NCBI GenBank assembly: GCA_018970425.1
Contig: JAGWWK010000002.1
Span: forward strand, 72,068-136,067
Reading direction: 5' to 3'
Origin: Patescibacteria group bacterium
GTDB lineage: Bacteria; Patescibacteriota; Minisyncoccia; Phycocordibacterales; Phycocordibacteraceae
Length of the DNA stretch: 64,000 nucleotides
Shown: positions 11,590-21,332 of the stretch, in pieces
How positions within the stretch are numbered: the stretch's first letter is position 1
Layout of the letters: every line of letters starts with the position of its first letter
The notes under the pieces: generated by a model
What the model saw: only the letters and a program-made list of their open reading frames with translations
What the model was told of the DNA's origin: nothing
Database searches by the model: none
Program-made: the position numbers and the translations under genes

Positions 11590-13356
11590 CTATGCGGCGC
11601 TCATGTCTTGATCTTCAAGTAGATCTTTGCCGAGGGTATTTACTTCTTCAAACGGAATCTCTCCCTTCAGCATTTTAATGATAGCATCCTCACGCATGGT
11701 CATCATGCCTTGTGTGCGCGCGATCTTGTATATTTCGTCTTCAACAGGATGCTCCAGAATTATTTTTTCGAGATCGCGTGATGTCGGTAAGAATTCAAAG
11801 ACGCCAATGCGACCGCGCGTGCCTGACGGGCACGTAGCTGATGGCGCGATGCCGTACACTGTCTCAACCTGCGGGATCCTGCTCGCGTACTGCTTCGGAA
11901 GATCAGCAAATGATTTTGCGATCATGGTCTTGAGCGAGCCCTCAACGGGTATTGGCGTACCAGCATCAGTACAGCGACGACGTACCAAGCGCTGCGCGAT
12001 TGAGAGAATGAGTGTCGGCGCAATGAGGTAGGGGTCGATCCCCATGTCAACGAGGCGCGGGACGATTCCAATCGCATTGTTGGTGTGAAGCGTAGTGAGC
12101 ACTAGGTGGCCGGTAAGCGCCGCCTGCACCGCAAGCTGCGCGGTTTCCTTGTCGCGAATCTCGCCGACCATGATGATGTCCGGGTCCTGACGAAGAATGG
12201 AGCGGAGGCCCGAGGCAAATGTGTATCCGATTTCAGGACGCACCTGCGACTGCGACACACCAGCGACATCGTACTCAACCGGATCTTCAAGTGATACAAC
12301 GTTGAGTCCCTCGCGATCAAGCTCTTGGAGCATCGCGTAGAGTGTCGTCGACTTACCGCTACCTGTCGGACCAGATATGACAATAAGTCCGTACGGTCGG
12401 CGAATGGCAGATCGAATCAGCTCAATGTTGTAATCTTGTAGTCCAAGGTCCGCAAGAGTCAGCTGTTCGTGACTCTTATCGAGAATACGCATCACTACTT
12501 TCTCACCGTGATAGGACGGAAATGTTGAAACACGGAAGTCGATGCGGCGCCTATCAATCGAGGCGGAAAACCGACCGTCTTGCGGCTTTCTGCGCTCATC
12601 GAGCTTGAGGGATGACAGCACCTTGATGCGCGCTGCGACTGAACGTTCGACATTTTTAGGAAGTCGGAGTGATGTGTGAAGAACGCCGTCCACGCGAAAG
12701 CGAACCTTAAGTTCGTTTTCGGACGGCTCAATGTGAATGTCAGAGGCGCGCCCGTCCACCGCGTAGCGCAGGATGGTCGCGACAATCTTTGTGACCGGCG
12801 CGTCTTCTTTGAGCGCGTTCCCTTCCGCGATCTTGTCTTCAATATCAGGGCCGGTCGAGGGAAGCTCCGTCGTCACATCCCCGGGCTCCATCGTAGTCTC
12901 AAGTTCGGAAAGCGCGCGCCCTACCTCTGACGAAATACCCTTGTAGAGTTTTATAACGCGATCAAAGTCCTCTTGAGAAATAAGAAAGACCTTGAAAGGC
13001 ATTCCTTCTTTTGAGGAGATAAAGTTTAGCGCATCCATTGCCTCAAGATTGTCGGGGTCTGTTGTACCAACTTCAAGAACGCCGTCAGCGAGAGCGAGCG
13101 GCACAATGTGGTAGTGTCGCGCCGAGTCCTCGGGAATGTAGCGCAAAACAGTATTCGTAACCCCCGCCTCTTCAATAGAGCGCGTTGGGATTTCAAAGTA
13201 TGCTCCACGCGCTTCTAGAATGTCGCGCGCGGCGAGTCCACGATCAAGGAGCGCTTGTTCGAGTGTCTTCTTTCCTGAACTGACTTCTTCTTTAATCGCG
13301 GCGAGCGCGCCAGAGGGTATGAGACCTCGCTCACTTAAAATGGACAGGACATCCAT
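11590..13356 (-). CDS. pilB: pilus assembly ATPase (GspE/PilB)
   Basis: ASDIHIEP, PQDGR, GPTGSGKSTT, LRQDPD, TLHTN. Confidence 0.95.
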   Translation of the reverse strand: MDVLSILSERGLIPSGALAAIKEEVSSGKKTLEQALLDRGLAARDILEARGAYFEIPTRSIEEAGVTNTVLRYIPEDSARHYHIVPLALADGVLEVGTTDPDNLEAMDALNFISSKEGMPFKVFLISQEDFDRVIKLYKGISSEVGRALSELETTMEPGDVTTELPSTGPDIEDKIAEGNALKEDAPVTKIVATILRYAVDGRASDIHIEPSENELKVRFRVDGVLHTSLRLPKNVERSVAARIKVLSSLKLDERRKPQDGRFSASIDRRRIDFRVSTFPSYHGEKVVMRILDKSHEQLTLADLGLQDYNIELIRSAIRRPYGLIVISGPTGSGKSTTLYAMLQELDREGLNVVSLEDPVEYDVAGVSQSQVRPEIGYTFASGLRSILRQDPDIIMVGEIRDKETAQLAVQAALTGHLVLTTLHTNNAIGIVPRLVDMGIDPYLIAPTLILSIAQRLVRRRCTDAGTPIPVEGSLKTMIAKSFADLPKQYASRIPQVETVYGIAPSATCPSGTRGRIGVFEFLPTSRDLEKIILEHPVEDEIYKIARTQGMMTMREDAIIKMLKGEIPFEEVNTLGKDLLEDQDMSAA

Positions 13357-13358
13357 GG

Positions 13359-13673
13359 CTATGGCGCGCGACGCTCTCCTCCGGTAAGCGGCGCAAACGG
13401 ATTTGTCCTGCCGACTGGCTCTGCTACGAGCTCTTGGCCAAAGTCTTTAAGCGCGAGAAAGAGTGGGTCGCTGAAGAGCGACTCATCGAGGCGGATATTT
13501 TTAAGGCTTAAAAGAAGTGTTATGAGTTCCTGATCCTCGGCGGTAACCGCCGCCGTTGCGGTCAGCGCAGGCTCGGAAGGTGGCGCGAAAAAAAGCACGT
13601 ACCCGCCGTACAGAACAGCAATGAGCGCGATGCCGGAGAGAACTGATGAGTACCGTTGTATGAAGTCCATCAT
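13359..13673 (-). CDS. small membrane-anchored pilus accessory protein (PilP position)
   Basis: N-terminal TM helix, C-terminal GRTNPFAP; position between pilO and pilB. Confidence 0.75.
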   Translation of the reverse strand: MMDFIQRYSSVLSGIALIAVLYGGYVLFFAPPSEPALTATAAVTAEDQELITLLLSLKNIRLDESLFSDPLFLALKDFGQELVAEPVGRTNPFAPLTGGERRAP

Positions 13674-14224
13674 GGTTTTAGCCAGTAGGTTCGTAAAGAG
13701 ACCGTGAAGTCGTATACGCCAGAGTCGGTGGCACTAAACGAGACTGACTCCACATCAACGAGTCGGAGCGACGTTTCGAGGTCAGCAAGGAACGAGCGGA
13801 ATGTTGCGTACGGACCCGAGACAGTGAAGGATATGCGCATTGATTCGTACAGGCGCTCATCAGGTCCTATTTGTACTTGCCGCTCTGCAGTCGCGCGTGG
13901 ACTGGTCTGCTTTTCAACAAGCACGTTTCGGATACGCATGCTGTACTGTGCCGCAAGTGAGTCCATGTCGAGCGCGAGGCGCACATTGTCTACATGGTCA
14001 GGGAGCATCTTTTCAAGACGCTCAAGGTCTTCCGTTCTGAACGCGCCTTTTCGAGAGATCAGCTGATCACGCACTTCTTGCAGCTCGCGTGCTCGGTCAA
14101 GCGCCAGCCGGAGTGTCGTTTCTTCTTCGCGGAGCGTACGAATCTCTGCATACGTTGGGTCTATGTAGAAGTAGAACGTACCTCCAGCAATGATGAGTGC
14201 AAGAATGGGGATGATGCCTTTCAT
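13670..14224 (-). CDS. pilO: PilO-like alignment protein
   Basis: TM plus coiled coil, G-x-Y...FL..LE...RLVDV; operon position. Confidence 0.85.
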   Translation of the reverse strand: MKGIIPILALIIAGGTFYFYIDPTYAEIRTLREEETTLRLALDRARELQEVRDQLISRKGAFRTEDLERLEKMLPDHVDNVRLALDMDSLAAQYSMRIRNVLVEKQTSPRATAERQVQIGPDERLYESMRISFTVSGPYATFRSFLADLETSLRLVDVESVSFSATDSGVYDFTVSLRTYWLKP

Positions 14225-14874
14225 ATGAACGGTTCAGATGGCGCACTCTCACCTGCCCCCGGCTGCGGAGCGGATTGCGTGCGCGGCTCTATAAGGAGTC
14301 CAAACGGGATGCGTGACGGGTCGATCGTTGCAGAAAAGTCAAAGACGACATTTCCCGCAGTATCAAGATTTAAGTTTGAGAACATCGGATCACGAATCAC
14401 TGCGGAGTCGCCGAAAGACTCTGACTGAATAGCCACAGAGTTAAAGCTCCGCGCGCTACCGCTCATGTCTATAACAAATGCGCCTTGCCCCGCCGGCTCA
14501 AAAGAGAATGAGCGGAAGCGCACCGCGCCGCCAGTGCGTGCCTCAAGCTCATCAAATACTAATGAGAGCGCGTGGTGACGACTGAGTAGGGCGCGCGCGG
14601 TCTGGATGCGCGCATCAAGCCGTTGGAGATCCTCAATGGTCGCGGGTTCGAACGCGGCACGCTGACGGTCGAGTGTTACTTTTTTAGATGCGATCGACTG
14701 CTCGGTATATGACTTGAACAAAAAGATACCTCCGGCCGAAACGGCAGTGAGGATAATGATGACGATTCCGACAACATTAAGAAACGCGAACGCGCTCGGA
14801 CCACTTGGCCGCTTTACGCGGTCTTGCATCAGTGACTCTTTGGGAATAAATGAGGCGGTAACGCGCTCGGGCAT
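14221..14874 (-). CDS. PilN-like alignment protein
   Basis: SFIPK N-terminus, TM, coiled coil; lies between pilM and pilO; start moved to ATG 14874. Confidence 0.75.
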   Translation of the reverse strand: MPERVTASFIPKESLMQDRVKRPSGPSAFAFLNVVGIVIIILTAVSAGGIFLFKSYTEQSIASKKVTLDRQRAAFEPATIEDLQRLDARIQTARALLSRHHALSLVFDELEARTGGAVRFRSFSFEPAGQGAFVIDMSGSARSFNSVAIQSESFGDSAVIRDPMFSNLNLDTAGNVVFDFSATIDPSRIPFGLLIEPRTQSAPQPGAGESAPSEPFI

Positions 14875-14945
14875 ACGTGTAGTGTAGCACCGTGTAACGC
14901 ACCACAACGCGCGCGTCGCGTGATGTGTGGAATGTGGAAAGCTTG

Positions 14946-16052
14946 TTACTTGCCGAGCGCGCGAAGCGCAAGTCCAACCGCGGACGCAAACGATGGTCCT
15001 GCGGAGGTCAAAACATCGGTAATGAACGCAGGGGCTTGGACGCGCGAGAACGGCGCACCCACTGACACCGGAGCGTCGAAATAGGTACGCGTGAGCGCGG
15101 TAATATCTTTCATTTGCGCTCCCCCGCCTACCAGTACCACCTTTGAGACCGCCTTCCCAGCTTTGCGCTGGTATGTCATGAGTATGCGGCGTGCTTCAGA
15201 AAAAATAAACTCGAGCGCGGCGCGACCGCTCTCCTCTTCTGTCACTCCCTGAGCTCTCTTGAGTGCCTCGGCTTCCTCAAATGGGATTGATTTTGATTTT
15301 GAGAGCGCGAGCGTGATGTCTTGACCACCGCGGTTGATGGTATGGGATACGCCAATAACTCCGAACTCCACTACATACACACGCGTGGCTGACGCGCCGA
15401 GGTCAATGAGCATCGTAGGCGCGGTGCCATGCTCGTATGATGCGCGTGAAAATGAGAACGGCTCGATCTCAAAGAATGATGGCGTGATGCCCGCGGCTTT
15501 AGCGATAGACTCGAGGCGCGTGAGCGTCTGGCGATGTATTGCGACGAGAAGGATGTCTGTCGCGGTTGTTGACCCGAGAGACGGTGTGCCGAGAAACTTT
15601 ACCTCTTCTTCTGGGATAGCAAACCAGTCGAGTGCGACTTCAGACACCGGTACAGGAATGTACTTGCGCGCCTCAATTGGTACCATCGTCGAAAGTTCAG
15701 ATGTGTCCTTAGTGGGAAGCGTAAGGAGCGTGATGAGTGACGATGCGAGCGGTACTGAAACTCCACCCACCTTCGCGGTCACGTTTGCTTCACGAATAAG
15801 GTCAGTCAGCGCTTCGCCAATTTTCTCGGCCGGCGGAGCGGTGGCTTGGCCTACCTTCGCTGCGGCATATGGCCCAAGCGCTATTTCTCCATACGTTTCA
15901 AGGACTGCCGAGCCGTGCGATTCTCGGAGTTGTACTATTTTTATTGATGATGTGCCAATGTCGATACCTACGACACTACCGCCCTCCGGCGCCCCGAGGA
16001 GTGTCCCGATGCGGGAGAGATATCCGCGCAATTCGCCAAACGAAAACCGCAT
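14946..16052 (-). CDS. pilM: PilM actin-like ATPase
   Basis: VGIDIGTSSIK, EARKYIP, IDLGAS, LVGGGA, AVGLALR; start moved to ATG 16052. Confidence 0.93.
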   Translation of the reverse strand: MRFSFGELRGYLSRIGTLLGAPEGGSVVGIDIGTSSIKIVQLRESHGSAVLETYGEIALGPYAAAKVGQATAPPAEKIGEALTDLIREANVTAKVGGVSVPLASSLITLLTLPTKDTSELSTMVPIEARKYIPVPVSEVALDWFAIPEEEVKFLGTPSLGSTTATDILLVAIHRQTLTRLESIAKAAGITPSFFEIEPFSFSRASYEHGTAPTMLIDLGASATRVYVVEFGVIGVSHTINRGGQDITLALSKSKSIPFEEAEALKRAQGVTEEESGRAALEFIFSEARRILMTYQRKAGKAVSKVVLVGGGAQMKDITALTRTYFDAPVSVGAPFSRVQAPAFITDVLTSAGPSFASAVGLALRALGK

Positions 16053-16074
16053 AGTACTATGAAGCGAGTATACC

Positions 16075-16713
16075 ATGAGCCGCTCGTTTCTAACGGCGCT
16101 CCTCGACCTCTTCTTGCCTCGGCATGCGCGAGCCCTGCGTGCCCGCGCGATAAATGAAAATGACCTCAGAGCGCTCGTTGCGCCGCGCACTCTCCCGCGC
16201 GCTCCGTGGATCCATGCGCTCCTACCCTATACCGATGAGCGCGTGCGTGCCATCGTACAGTCAGTCAAATACCACCGCGAGCATGAAGTTGCGGCACGCA
16301 TCGCACCACTCCTTGCGAGCGAGCTTACTCACATGCTTCATAGCGCCGCAGCAAGAGATGCTGGGTGGCAAGGCGCTATCATCGTTCCGATCCCTGCTTC
16401 ATCGCGCCGTCTGCGTGAACGCGGGTATGTGCAAGCCGCGCTCTACGCCAGAGCACTCAAGACGCATCTCCCGCACCTTACTGCAAATGAGCGCATACTC
16501 ACTCGTCAAGATCGAGTATCACAGGTGCGCGTCTCCCGCGCAGAGCGTCAGACCCACGTACGCGGCGCGTTCCGCGCCTCGCACGCCGCGCTCGGCGCAT
16601 ATATTGTTCTCATTGACGATGTCGTACAGTCCGGCGCAACACTCATAGATGCGCGTCGTGCACTCCTCGACGAGGGAGCGCGTGGAGTGCTTGCGCTTGC
16701 AGTCGCACACTAG
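16075..16713 (+). CDS. comF: ComF-family phosphoribosyltransferase
   Basis: LLDLFLP N-terminus, VPIP..R..ERG..Q, LIDDVVQSGATL PRPP loop. Confidence 0.88.
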   Translation: MSRSFLTALLDLFLPRHARALRARAINENDLRALVAPRTLPRAPWIHALLPYTDERVRAIVQSVKYHREHEVAARIAPLLASELTHMLHSAAARDAGWQGAIIVPIPASSRRLRERGYVQAALYARALKTHLPHLTANERILTRQDRVSQVRVSRAERQTHVRGAFRASHAALGAYIVLIDDVVQSGATLIDARRALLDEGARGVLALAVAH

Positions 16714-17408
16714 GCGGCGCGATGGCGATGTCGCTCAGAGCGCTCCTCACGCAAGATGCGTCCGTCGTCCATAATAACGACCCGGTCTGCAAGACGCGCA
16801 TACTCTTCCTCGTGAGTCACCATAATGATGGTCTGTCCTGCTTCGTGAAGCTCTAGGAAAGTGTCCATAACCGCTTTCGATGACACATTATCTAGGTTTG
16901 CGGTCGGCTCATCAGCAAAGAGGACTTTGGGCTCGTGCGCCACGGCCCGTGCGATAGACACGCGCTGCTGTTCGCCACCGGAAAGCTGGGAGGGCAAGTT
17001 GTGGAGGCGATGCCCGAGCTGCATACGCTCAAGAGTCTCGGCCGCCTTTGCAAACGCAGCTGTGCGCGAGAGCCCCTGCATAAGGAGCGGGAGCACTACA
17101 TTTTCCGCAGCAGTCAGGTCGGGCATGAGCGCGTAGTCCTGAAACACGTAGCCAAACTTGATGAGCCGAATGCGCGATTTTTGGAGCGGTGTCATGGTTT
17201 CCGTATTCTCGCCATCGATCACGATCTTTCCACTCGTCGGATCATCAAGGAGTGACATCTGATACATGAGTGTCGACTTGCCTGCGCCGCTCTTCCCCAT
17301 AATGGAAATAAAATCGCCGTTTGAAGCGGTAATGTCTATTCCCTTTAAGACTCTCGTCTCTATCGGGCCGTTCACGTACGTTTTGATGAGCTGTGTTACT
17401 TCAATCAT
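16710..17408 (-). CDS. ABC transporter ATP-binding protein (LolD/MacB type)
   Basis: [25 protein letters not shown]; start moved to MIEVTQ. Confidence 0.95.
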   Translation of the reverse strand: MIEVTQLIKTYVNGPIETRVLKGIDITASNGDFISIMGKSGAGKSTLMYQMSLLDDPTSGKIVIDGENTETMTPLQKSRIRLIKFGYVFQDYALMPDLTAAENVVLPLLMQGLSRTAAFAKAAETLERMQLGHRLHNLPSQLSGGEQQRVSIARAVAHEPKVLFADEPTANLDNVSSKAVMDTFLELHEAGQTIIMVTHEEEYARLADRVVIMDDGRILREERSERHRHRAA

Positions 17409-17410
17409 AG

Positions 17411-18664
17411 TTAGTTTCTGCCCAGTATCGAGTCGAGCGTGTTGCGACGCACGATCATCCACGCCGGAATAAAGCCCGCGATTATATTGGACACCACGAG
17501 GAGGCCCACGCGGAAGAGGGTCTCACCGTACTCAGCCACCAAAATGCCGTCAGAAAATGGGAAGTCGATCGGGTTTCGCTCAAAGTACGGAACAAGAAAC
17601 GCGTACACCAGTACCAGCCCGATAGCGGACCCAATAATCGCGTAAAATACCGACTGAAACACATACGAGTACTGAATTGCCGCACCGGAGACACCAATCC
17701 CTTTGAGAATCCCAATGAATTTACGCCGCGTGATGGCGTTAATGAAAACGACAATGAAAATGGTAATTGACGCTACCACGAGTCCTATAGATGAAAACGC
17801 TGCGCCCAGCATGCCGAAGGTCGCAATAATATCTTTCAAAAACTTAGGCTGCGCATCTTCAAACGTTTGCACCTTCGCGAAGCGGTCCGCACCCGAGCGG
17901 ATGAGCGCGTCACGCACATCCTCAGGACGCGCTCCGGGCTCGAGCCGTATCGCCACTTGATCAATGTTGCCGTCGGAGCGCCCTATCATACTGCGGTACT
18001 GCGAGTCGACAAAAAATACATTCCGACTTACTTCATCAACTTTCGTTTTTAATATTCCTTTCACGGTAACCTCGCGCGTCACATCGCCCACCACCACACG
18101 CACCTTGGTACCGACACCGACGTTGTCGAGCACCTGGAGGCCCGGGTTTTCAACCGGGAAGTATTGCCGCAGGTTATACGCGCCCATAAGGATCTGGTCG
18201 TAGTCGCCGGGCGAGAGGTATGACCCCTCCACTACAAATTGAGAGAGGTTCGTTACCGAGTTTTCATCGTGCGGATCTATGCCTGTTATTTGTGTCGCTG
18301 CTACGTTCGGCTTCTCCCCCTCTTTTCGCGTACGATAATTTGCCTCAACCGTGCCGCCCTCAATGTAGCGAGCAGAGTACGCCGCGATGCCGGGTATCGT
18401 ATCAACTAAGGCTAACAGGTTCGGGCTATTTTCAATGTACTTCTTGTCATCGAGGTTTGAAATGATAACCTCACCCGTTGACTGCGCACGGAATTGGTTA
18501 ATTGAACCCTGAATGAGTCCTATGAGTATGCCTGACACAACCACGAGGTTTAAGAACGTGAGTACCATCACAAAAATGATGAGCGCAGTGGTCCAAAGAC
18601 TCGCGCGACGGAGCTGCCGCACGGCAAGGAAGAAGCCGATCTTAACGTTGAGCCAGGAGAGCAT
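17411..18664 (-). CDS. ABC permease (FtsX/MacB/LolC type)
   Basis: N-terminal TM, large extracytoplasmic loop, three C-terminal TMs, IGILKGIG. Confidence 0.9.
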   Translation of the reverse strand: MLSWLNVKIGFFLAVRQLRRASLWTTALIIFVMVLTFLNLVVVSGILIGLIQGSINQFRAQSTGEVIISNLDDKKYIENSPNLLALVDTIPGIAAYSARYIEGGTVEANYRTRKEGEKPNVAATQITGIDPHDENSVTNLSQFVVEGSYLSPGDYDQILMGAYNLRQYFPVENPGLQVLDNVGVGTKVRVVVGDVTREVTVKGILKTKVDEVSRNVFFVDSQYRSMIGRSDGNIDQVAIRLEPGARPEDVRDALIRSGADRFAKVQTFEDAQPKFLKDIIATFGMLGAAFSSIGLVVASITIFIVVFINAITRRKFIGILKGIGVSGAAIQYSYVFQSVFYAIIGSAIGLVLVYAFLVPYFERNPIDFPFSDGILVAEYGETLFRVGLLVVSNIIAGFIPAWMIVRRNTLDSILGRN

Positions 18665-18665
18665 G

Positions 18666-20219
18666 CTAGTCCACTATAAGGAGATCGCCTACGGAGAGCC
18701 CTGACACTATTTCAATGTCGCCGGTTGAAGAAACAGCGCCCGTTACAACCGTGCGCTCAAGTACCGCCTCGCCGGAGAGTACGCGGACAACCTGCATCCC
18801 CTCACGCTGTACTACCAGGCGCTGCGGAATAGCTATCACATCTTGCTTTTCAAGAGTCGTGATGAGGGCGTTTGCGGTCATACCGCTTCTGATCCGCTCG
18901 TCGGCCTGGGTAAAGACGAGAATAGTTTTATATGTTGGCACGCCATCTTTCAATGTCTCGCCAAGTTCTATCGAGCCGATCTTTGCGTCAAAGCGCACCT
19001 CCGGCCCGTATGAGTCAAATGTTATAACCGCCGGGTCACCAACCTTTATGAGCGAGATGTTTATTTCTGGCACGAATGTTTCTATCTGAAATCCGCCACT
19101 GCCGATGACTGAGATCTGTTGCTCGCCCGGCTGGGCAGTGGCGCCCACCTTAGCGGCAATCTTTGATACCGTACCTGCAAACGGAGCGCGTATCTGTGTC
19201 TTAGAAAACTGTGACGACGCGCTCAGCACATCTGCTTCCGCCGCTTTTACCGATGCCGCCTGTGCGCGAATGTCTTCAGCGCTGGCACCTGCTCGCGTGA
19301 GCGCAAGTTCACGCTCCGCACTGACGAGTCCTGTTTGTGCAGCGGACTGCGCCTTAGACGCTGCGGTGAGTGTCGCAATTGCACTGTTGACTGAGGTGCG
19401 CGCGGTCTGGACAGAGGTCTTGTACGCATCGAGTGTTGCCTGGGGAGTTGCAGTGGTAGGGATTGAAACCGCAAGGAGTGAAGAAATGTCGTTGATGAAT
19501 GAGGTCACCTCTTGGAGGGACACTTGGGCAGACACCGCCGCGCCGACTAAGTCGCTCGACAGAGTGACTGCGGCATTGCGTGTATGCCATGCGGTAAGCA
19601 CTGACTCAACCGTTATGCGGTCACTCTCAACCTGCGACTTCAGCGCTGCGTTACCGGATGAGAATGAAATCTGCGGCGTGAGCGACTTAGGGTTAGAGAA
19701 AAATTGGTCTACAGTCGCATGAATCGCTCCATCTGACACGCCGTAGGCGGACAAGATTGCGTCGGCGAGCGCTTGGTTTGCCGAGGCAAGCGCCGCGCGG
19801 GCGCTTGAGACCGCTGACTCCTTGAGCGAGAGCTCTTCAGGCCGCGCACCACGCACTAGTGCATCAAGCTGAGCCTTTGCGCGATCGAGGGCGGCCTCGC
19901 GCTGAAGGAGTATCGCGGCGGCATCGCCGTTCTCAACCTCAGCAAGGAGTACCCCCTGACCTACCGCTTGTCCTTCCTTAACAAGGACACGCGCAATTCG
20001 TCCGCTCTGTGAAAATCCAAGATCAACCTCATTTGCCGCCTCTACACGACCTGACACGGACACCTGCTGCACAAACGGCTCGCGCGTCACGACGAGCGTG
20101 TTCTCTACTTCAGTACGCGATCCCCAGTATGAGATGCCGATAATGACCGTTGCGAAAAGGGCGACTCCGGAGACAATATACGGCACGTACTTAGAACGCT
20201 GCATCCACGCGGTATTCAT
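18666..20219 (-). CDS. efflux adaptor (HlyD/MacA family)
   Basis: lipoyl halves (SGRIARVLVKEG, IRAPFAGTV), long helical hairpin, EIVSGLSVGD. Confidence 0.9.
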   Translation of the reverse strand: MNTAWMQRSKYVPYIVSGVALFATVIIGISYWGSRTEVENTLVVTREPFVQQVSVSGRVEAANEVDLGFSQSGRIARVLVKEGQAVGQGVLLAEVENGDAAAILLQREAALDRAKAQLDALVRGARPEELSLKESAVSSARAALASANQALADAILSAYGVSDGAIHATVDQFFSNPKSLTPQISFSSGNAALKSQVESDRITVESVLTAWHTRNAAVTLSSDLVGAAVSAQVSLQEVTSFINDISSLLAVSIPTTATPQATLDAYKTSVQTARTSVNSAIATLTAASKAQSAAQTGLVSAERELALTRAGASAEDIRAQAASVKAAEADVLSASSQFSKTQIRAPFAGTVSKIAAKVGATAQPGEQQISVIGSGGFQIETFVPEINISLIKVGDPAVITFDSYGPEVRFDAKIGSIELGETLKDGVPTYKTILVFTQADERIRSGMTANALITTLEKQDVIAIPQRLVVQREGMQVVRVLSGEAVLERTVVTGAVSSTGDIEIVSGLSVGDLLIVD

Positions 20220-20426
20220 GCAACTAGTATAGCATCCGCGCTCGTGTGACGTGTCACACTCCGCGCCCCTTCCCTACACGAGTTGTGCAACCTACACGGC
20301 ATCGTGTGTATGAACGCCATACTCCTCCGCCACCATAAATACCGTACCGTCAGAATTACAGTTTGTCGTCTATTTATGCATCGCGATGCGTATACGCACA
20401 CTCCTATAAATACAGAGAGGATCTGT

Positions 20427-20993
20427 CTATTGCCTGAGACCCCAGGGGCTTGCGTCGGGGAGGCGCTCGCGACGGGCGAGGTAAAACTGAGAGAATCCGA
20501 ATATCCCGAGCGCGATCACCATCGCGAAGCGGTAGTAGACCCACACATCATACGAGTACATGCGCCACACGAGCTCAGAGCCGAGTGCCGTCAGTATAAA
20601 AAACACACCCCAGCGCAGGGACAGCGTATGCCACCCCTTGTCCGTAATATGAAACATCGTCTGAAACAGCGGCTTCAAGGCGGGGGTGTCGCGTAGATAC
20701 CCTACCCCCATCGCAATACCAAAGAGTGCGTTGTACAGCCCAAATTCGAGCACGACCCAGTACGGGTCTCTTGTCGCGAGTGTCGCTGCGCCCGAGATGA
20801 GGACGAACACACTGGCGATGAGTGAAAAAAGCGGCACGCGGCCATCTCGCCAAAGAGAAAACGCTACCGCGCCCACAGTCGTAAGCATAAGAAGCACGAC
20901 GCCGACAAAAAAATTAAAAACGAGTGCTCCAACAAAAAAAGTGGTCACGGGTCCGAACTCAATAGCAAGCGATACTAGAAACGTTTTAGGCAC
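20427..20993 (-). CDS. YciB/IspZ-like inner membrane protein
   Basis: EFGP..FF start, W..L..RW..FF, ELVWR, WVYY; GTG start. Confidence 0.8.
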   Translation of the reverse strand: MPKTFLVSLAIEFGPVTTFFVGALVFNFFVGVVLLMLTTVGAVAFSLWRDGRVPLFSLIASVFVLISGAATLATRDPYWVVLEFGLYNALFGIAMGVGYLRDTPALKPLFQTMFHITDKGWHTLSLRWGVFFILTALGSELVWRMYSYDVWVYYRFAMVIALGIFGFSQFYLARRERLPDASPWGLRQ

Positions 20994-21118
20994 TCACTAC
21001 ATAGTACATGAGCGGTACTGCGACTTGTGGAGAGATCTGATGCACATCTAACGCAGTGTCGGGCTCGCGCGGAGGGTGGTGCGTATCTACGCCTACGCGT
21101 ACAAGTGGTCACCTGCTC

Positions 21119-21265
21119 CTAGAGCGACGATATAATTTCTACGGCATCGTCTTCATCGATTCCTAACTCATCCACGAGTTCAAGTATCTCCTCGGCAGTC
21201 TGTTCATCGACGCCGTACTCTTCTGAAACCCGGAACACCTCTTCGTACGGCTCTGAAGGATTCAT
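21119..21265 (-). CDS. 48-aa acidic microprotein (absent from the ORF track)
   Basis: hand translation MNPSEPYEEVFRVSEEYGVDEQTAEEILELVDELGIDEDDAVEIISSL*; TG-A-TACAAG/-10-like box shortly before ATG. Confidence 0.7.
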   Translation of the reverse strand: MNPSEPYEEVFRVSEEYGVDEQTAEEILELVDELGIDEDDAVEIISSL

Positions 21266-21332
21266 GCAGTACTTGTATCACGCGTTATATGTACTTACTA
21301 AAGAGATACAACTCCGCTGACACAGAGGAACG

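Noticed and set aside
8911-14941. DnaA-box-like TTCCACA words near 8911 and 14926-14940
   Set aside because: Too few and scattered, with no dnaA or AT-rich unwinding region; not evidence for an origin.
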